64,000 bases of DNA, from NCBI GenBank assembly GCA_050239825.1, contig JBFXGO010000002.1, positions 13,490-77,489 on the forward strand. Reading direction: 5' to 3'. Source of the DNA: a bacterium. GTDB taxonomy: Bacteria > Hydrothermota > 32-111. Numbering within the stretch: position 1 is the first letter of the stretch; each line of letters begins with the position of its first letter. Of this stretch, positions 60,065-64,000 are shown in pieces. The position numbers were made by a program, and so were the translations under genes. The notes beneath the pieces are model-generated. The model saw only the letters and a list, made by a program, of their open reading frames with translations. It was not told the DNA's origin and did no database searches.

Positions 60065-60097
60065 TTTTCCTCTTTGTATATACTTATATATATTATG

Positions 60098-60530
60098 TTA
60101 AAATGGCGTTAAACAAATGGGATACGAATGATAACCGAATGAAATCTGAATGTCTGTTAGAATGGAATCAACCTCTTTTCTGCTTAATCTTTCAGAAGTT
60201 TTTATCTCAATTAAGCCGATTGAATAGAGTTTTCTCAAATCAATTACACCCATAAGCCAGCAGGCAAGGTTAGGAATATCAATCTCAATACAAATGGGAA
60301 GTGGTTTTCCCTCACTGACTTTAACAGAGTTTTTTGAAGAGATTATATTTAGTGAAACTCTATTGTTTGCCATAAAATTGTCATTTATTTTGAGTGTGAA
60401 TGAAAAATCCTTGTTTGTCTTTGATTTTTTCGCCCTGCGATGTGAGTTTTATTCCCGGATATGCTGTAGAGACAATCTCAGTAAAGGTCTTTATCTCTTT
60501 TAACTCAAGCTCTCGTATGACTCTCTTCAT
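60098..60530 (-). pseudogene. Internally deleted Eis-like GNAT acetyltransferase remnant
   Basis: ATG at 60530 gives MKRVIRELELKEIKTFTEIVSTAYPG then stops; another frame gives TLKINDNF...IDIPNLACWLMG...PICLTPF, resembling the Eis C-terminal SCP2-like domain. Confidence 0.55.
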
Positions 60531-61051
60531 TATTTATAATCTATCTCCATATTTCCGAATACGACATTTGCCTCAATTGTAACAGCAGTCTCGGATGATG
60601 CATTTTCAGAAGAGAATGTGTTTGACCCAAAGTGGACAGTACTGCCGTTTAAAGCCCTGCCCTGACCGAACACAGAATTCATGTGTATTACATACTTCTT
60701 GTCTTTTGAGAGATACACTTTACCATCTCCGAATATGACATTGATTTCAATCTTCTTCCCAACTTCAAAATCAGTCTTTGAGAGGTCAACTTCTCCTGAT
60801 GAGAATATTACATTGTATTCTCTGTTGGAGGGTGTTGCGTCGAGTTTTGATTCTCCGAACATTATCGTGTTGGAGCGCTTTTTAAAAGGCGAACCGGTGA
60901 ATATTCTGATGCCGAGGTAAATGAATAAGAGAGCGAAAAGAGTTTTGAATATCGGTATTGAAATATGAAAATAAGTTGAAATCAAAATAAGTCCGCCTAT
61001 TACAAGAAGCAGTGTTCCCCAAAAAATCGATGAGCGTGATTTATTGCACAT
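60530..61051 (-). CDS. LiaF-like membrane protein (cell-envelope stress)
   Basis: FWGTLLLVIGG TM hairpin; repeated NVIFS/NVIFG/NSVFG/NVVFG beta motifs. Confidence 0.75.
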   Translation of the reverse strand: MCNKSRSSIFWGTLLLVIGGLILISTYFHISIPIFKTLFALLFIYLGIRIFTGSPFKKRSNTIMFGESKLDATPSNREYNVIFSSGEVDLSKTDFEVGKKIEINVIFGDGKVYLSKDKKYVIHMNSVFGQGRALNGSTVHFGSNTFSSENASSETAVTIEANVVFGNMEIDYK

Positions 61052-61211
61052 GGTTTCTCCTTATGGCTTATTCTATTTATATTATAAGATGAGCATCTCT
61101 TTGTCAAGGTGCAGTTATATCATCCGCATAAAAAATATAGAAAGAAGAATGGGCAGACAAATGAAGCGGAATATGTCTTGACTGACTTTCAAAAATAATT
61201 TACCATCTATA

Positions 61212-61277
61212 ATAATCAGGAGGCAGGATGAAGAAACTTTTGACATTGTTTCTTATGATTGGAGTATTGGGTGCGTA
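61212..61277 (+). repeat. Direct repeat copy 1 (RBS plus signal-peptide coding leader)
   Basis: ATAATCAGGAGGCAGGATGAAGAAACTTTTGACATTGTTTCTTATGATTGGAGTATTGGG matches 62877-62942 with few mismatches. Confidence 0.9.
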
Positions 61278-62046
61278 TTGGAATGTAGCAAGTGAAGAAA
61301 TTTGGGAAGAGAAAAATATAATTCATACTTCTATGGATGACATTAATAATAAACTAGCACTAAAATATTTTTTAACATTAAATCATAATGGAGAAATTAT
61401 TAATGATAATAAATGGAATTTAACATTAGGTTACTCGCTGGCATATTGTTTAAGGGGAGAGGATTTCAACGAAGGACCGGAGTGGGGTTTGTTGAATATT
61501 TGGAACTGGGATGATAAATGGGCATATTGGTTGAATATATTTGAAGTTGGAAGCATTTTTAATTATAATAATTACAATATAGAAGTTGGCATTGGGTATG
61601 GCAAATGTTCTATGAGAGGCGGTTCATATGTTTTTTTTAAAGATGAAGAGAGTACTTACTGGCAATATTCTCGCAATATAATAAACCCATATAAATATTA
61701 TTTGTTTTTTGGTGGCAAAATTGATAAAAATATGATTCTCGGAGCAGAATTGAATTTCAGTAGAATTAATGCTTTAGAATCTCATTATAATCTTACAAAT
61801 CCCGGAAGTGATACAGATACTAGTTTTATAACAAGGATGGATTTTTGGGGTTGTGGAATGTATTTTAAACTATATTTCAATGAATTTTCTAATGAAAAAA
61901 TTGGTTTATCTCCATTTTTAGTTTTAAAAATCGCCGGTTCCAACGAAATTCATAATGACTCGCGGAGTTCAGATTATTTTAAAAACACAGTGATGATTTG
62001 GTATTCAGGTATTTATTTGGGATTTAATTTTAATCTGGGAATGTAA
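61228..62046 (+). CDS. Hypothetical exported, probably beta-barrel protein (AT-rich)
   Basis: Strong RBS, signal peptide, aromatic-rich strands, ends GIYLGFNFNLGM. Confidence 0.7.
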   Translation: MKKLLTLFLMIGVLGAYWNVASEEIWEEKNIIHTSMDDINNKLALKYFLTLNHNGEIINDNKWNLTLGYSLAYCLRGEDFNEGPEWGLLNIWNWDDKWAYWLNIFEVGSIFNYNNYNIEVGIGYGKCSMRGGSYVFFKDEESTYWQYSRNIINPYKYYLFFGGKIDKNMILGAELNFSRINALESHYNLTNPGSDTDTSFITRMDFWGCGMYFKLYFNEFSNEKIGLSPFLVLKIAGSNEIHNDSRSSDYFKNTVMIWYSGIYLGFNFNLGM

Positions 62047-62047
62047 G

Positions 62048-62445
62048 ATGAAAAAAATAATTTTATTATCATTTCTTTTTTGATTTATATTTTCTTTTTC
62101 ATCGGAGGTGCGAATTTTCTTTCGGTTGGTTGTGGATTGGCGATTAATAATTTTAATTTATCCATTGAGAAAATCATTATAGGATATTACAAAGAATTGT
62201 CTTATTATTATAGTCAAATTCTATTAAATAATAACTTTGATATTTACGAAAAGAATTATGGCTATTTAGTTAATTTCAAGTATGACTTCTGGGGTGTTGG
62301 AATTGGCTGGGGGAAAAAGTATAAAGTATGGAAAGAATTATATATTGAACCGATGTTGAATTATAAATTTATTTACACTTTTGATTTCGAATCAGGATGC
62401 ATAACAGGTTTTATCGGTGGATTGGGAATAGGTTATAGCTTTTAG
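62048..62445 (+). pseudogene. Frameshifted small outer-membrane protein
   Basis: ATG at 62048 (MKKIILLSFLF*) stops in a T-rich tract; ORF 62080-62445 ends GLGIGYSF. Confidence 0.55.
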
Positions 62446-62455
62446 GAGGAAAAAT

Positions 62456-62870
62456 TGAAAAATAGTATTTTATTAATTATTTTATTATTTTCATTTTTAT
62501 TTGCATATTCTGATGAAGTATTACCAAACATCATATTTATTCACGGAACAAGCGAAGAGGCAATACCAGATTAAAAAGAGATAATGATGATGGATATAAG
62601 AAAGGTTCACTATTTTCATGGCATCCTTTGCGATATAATGAATCTTTAGGAAAGTATATAGAAGTGGACAGCACGGCTTTTCTTAGAATATTAGGTTATA
62701 AAGGATACAAAAAAGGGAGTCCCTTTGACTGCACAATAGACTCAAATCCAAGAGATGTTTCCGGCAATGTTGTTTACAATTTTAGCTATTATAATCCGGA
62801 TGAAAAAAGCAGAGAGGAAACAAGATATAAAAACTATACATTGACACTTGAAATCAAAGTGCTAATATGG
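62456..62870 (+). pseudogene. Truncated secreted alpha/beta-hydrolase-like gene
   Basis: GGAGG and TTG, signal peptide, LPNIIFIHG, stop near 62573; a second frame continues (VVYNFSYYNPD) until the repeat leader. Confidence 0.5.
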
Positions 62871-62876
62871 GATTAT

Positions 62877-62942
62877 ATAATCAGGAGGCAGGATGAAGAG
62901 ACTTTTGACATTGTTTCTTGTGATTGGAGTATTGGGGGTGTA
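62877..62942 (+). repeat. Direct repeat copy 2 (RBS plus signal-peptide coding leader)
   Basis: Matches 61212-61277. Confidence 0.9.
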
Positions 62943-63831
62943 CGGACAGACAATTGAGGGTGCAATGCAGATAGAGACACAGGCAGAGATAGATACAACA
63001 CAGCAGGTGGATACAATTGTTTTACCTGATACTATTGATGTTAAAGAATTGCAGATTGAATATGATACAGCTTCATCAATTAAAGATTCATTGTTTACCA
63101 GAGAAAACAAAATTGACCAAGAGGAGGAAAACGAAAAGAAAGAGAATCTGCTTTCATGTTGTTGTTTGGGTGAAAAGAAAGAACAACGGAAATCAAACTT
63201 TAGCATAGGATATACCTTGGGAGTATATCCGAGAATCCTTTGGGCAGTATATGGAGGAGAAGAGCTTAGAGGTGCAACCGATGGGTTTTATATTTATGGT
63301 AATTGGGTATGTTTGTTTCATGGAATTGAGATAAGCCACAATTTAAATTTAATAAAAAGATTTCCAATGAAGCTTGGATATAGCTATGAGTATTCTAATT
63401 CATTTAATATAGTTAATTTATTACATGTATCAGAATTCAACTCGGATTACGAGATTTCTCATTATCACGGATTGAACTCATTTACATTTCATTCAATTAG
63501 CATAAATGCAATTAAAGATATTTTGTTTTTTAGGATTGGTTTATCTGAAGGTGTTACTATTTTATCGCAAAAGTTTAATAGCTATTTTGAAACAGATGAA
63601 GGATATGAACAATATGGGATTGAAGTGTCAAGAAAATGTTTTCAATCAGGCGTAAATGCTGGTTTAAATTTATCTTTTTTTAAAGACAGGATGATGTTAT
63701 ATTTGGGATTGGCATATAAGATGTATTTTCAATTTAAATCAAATATTAATTATCCCAATATTATTTACAAAGTTGATGAGTTAAATCCGAAAATGTTGAA
63801 TCATACTATAAAAATATCCTATAATTTTTAG
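62893..63831 (+). CDS. Hypothetical exported/outer-membrane protein (AT-rich)
   Basis: Signal peptide nearly identical to that of 61228; acidic linker, CCC, terminal IKISYNF. Confidence 0.7.
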   Translation: MKRLLTLFLVIGVLGVYGQTIEGAMQIETQAEIDTTQQVDTIVLPDTIDVKELQIEYDTASSIKDSLFTRENKIDQEEENEKKENLLSCCCLGEKKEQRKSNFSIGYTLGVYPRILWAVYGGEELRGATDGFYIYGNWVCLFHGIEISHNLNLIKRFPMKLGYSYEYSNSFNIVNLLHVSEFNSDYEISHYHGLNSFTFHSISINAIKDILFFRIGLSEGVTILSQKFNSYFETDEGYEQYGIEVSRKCFQSGVNAGLNLSFFKDRMMLYLGLAYKMYFQFKSNINYPNIIYKVDELNPKMLNHTIKISYNF

Positions 63832-64000
63832 GAGAAATTATGAAAAAGTTACTTACTTTATACCGTCAGAGATATGGGGGACGGTGCTTCTTTGAAAGAG
63901 TGTCAATAGGATAATCGATAATTCTCCTTTTTTCAATTAAAGAACTTAATTACTTGCAAAAGACCCGATAATGATATAAAATTAATTATGCTTCTTTAGA

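Noticed and set aside
63870..63900. GGGGACGGTGCTTCTTTG as a mobile-element end
   Set aside because: Single short occurrence near the window edge with no partner repeat or transposase visible.

Overview
A 64-kb bacterial chromosome segment spanning the replication origin (pepF-dnaA-oriC-dnaN, with rsmG, two parS sites and parA-parB about 7 kb downstream). The organism looks like a low-GC, diderm, probably anaerobic peptide degrader. It has many peptidases (S8, M28, M3B, three M42, TldD/PmbA, M23), several secreted proteins ending in a Por/T9SS-type C-terminal domain, outer-membrane proteins, a polysaccharide operon and a complete anaerobe oxidative-stress operon with a 7-1-7 operator. A WOR-3/FCB-like lineage is a guess only. 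The most unusual element is a gene-free ~1.85-kb mosaic array directly after dnaN (41.8-43.65 kb). It holds five full copies and one partial copy of a ~128-bp GC-rich, extensively self-complementary core, joined by a few interchangeable hairpin modules that show compensatory base changes. A shorter array built from the same parts lies at 2.5-3.0 kb. No cas gene, integrase, transposase or reverse transcriptase is visible in the window. Other points of note: a probable ATC start codon for rsmG, an exported superoxide-reductase-like protein paired with an unannotated His-containing membrane micro-protein, UvrC lacking its HhH tail, several pseudogenes and an AT-rich variable locus with a duplicated RBS/signal-peptide leader. 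All calls come from reading the sequence by eye; no database search or folding program was run.
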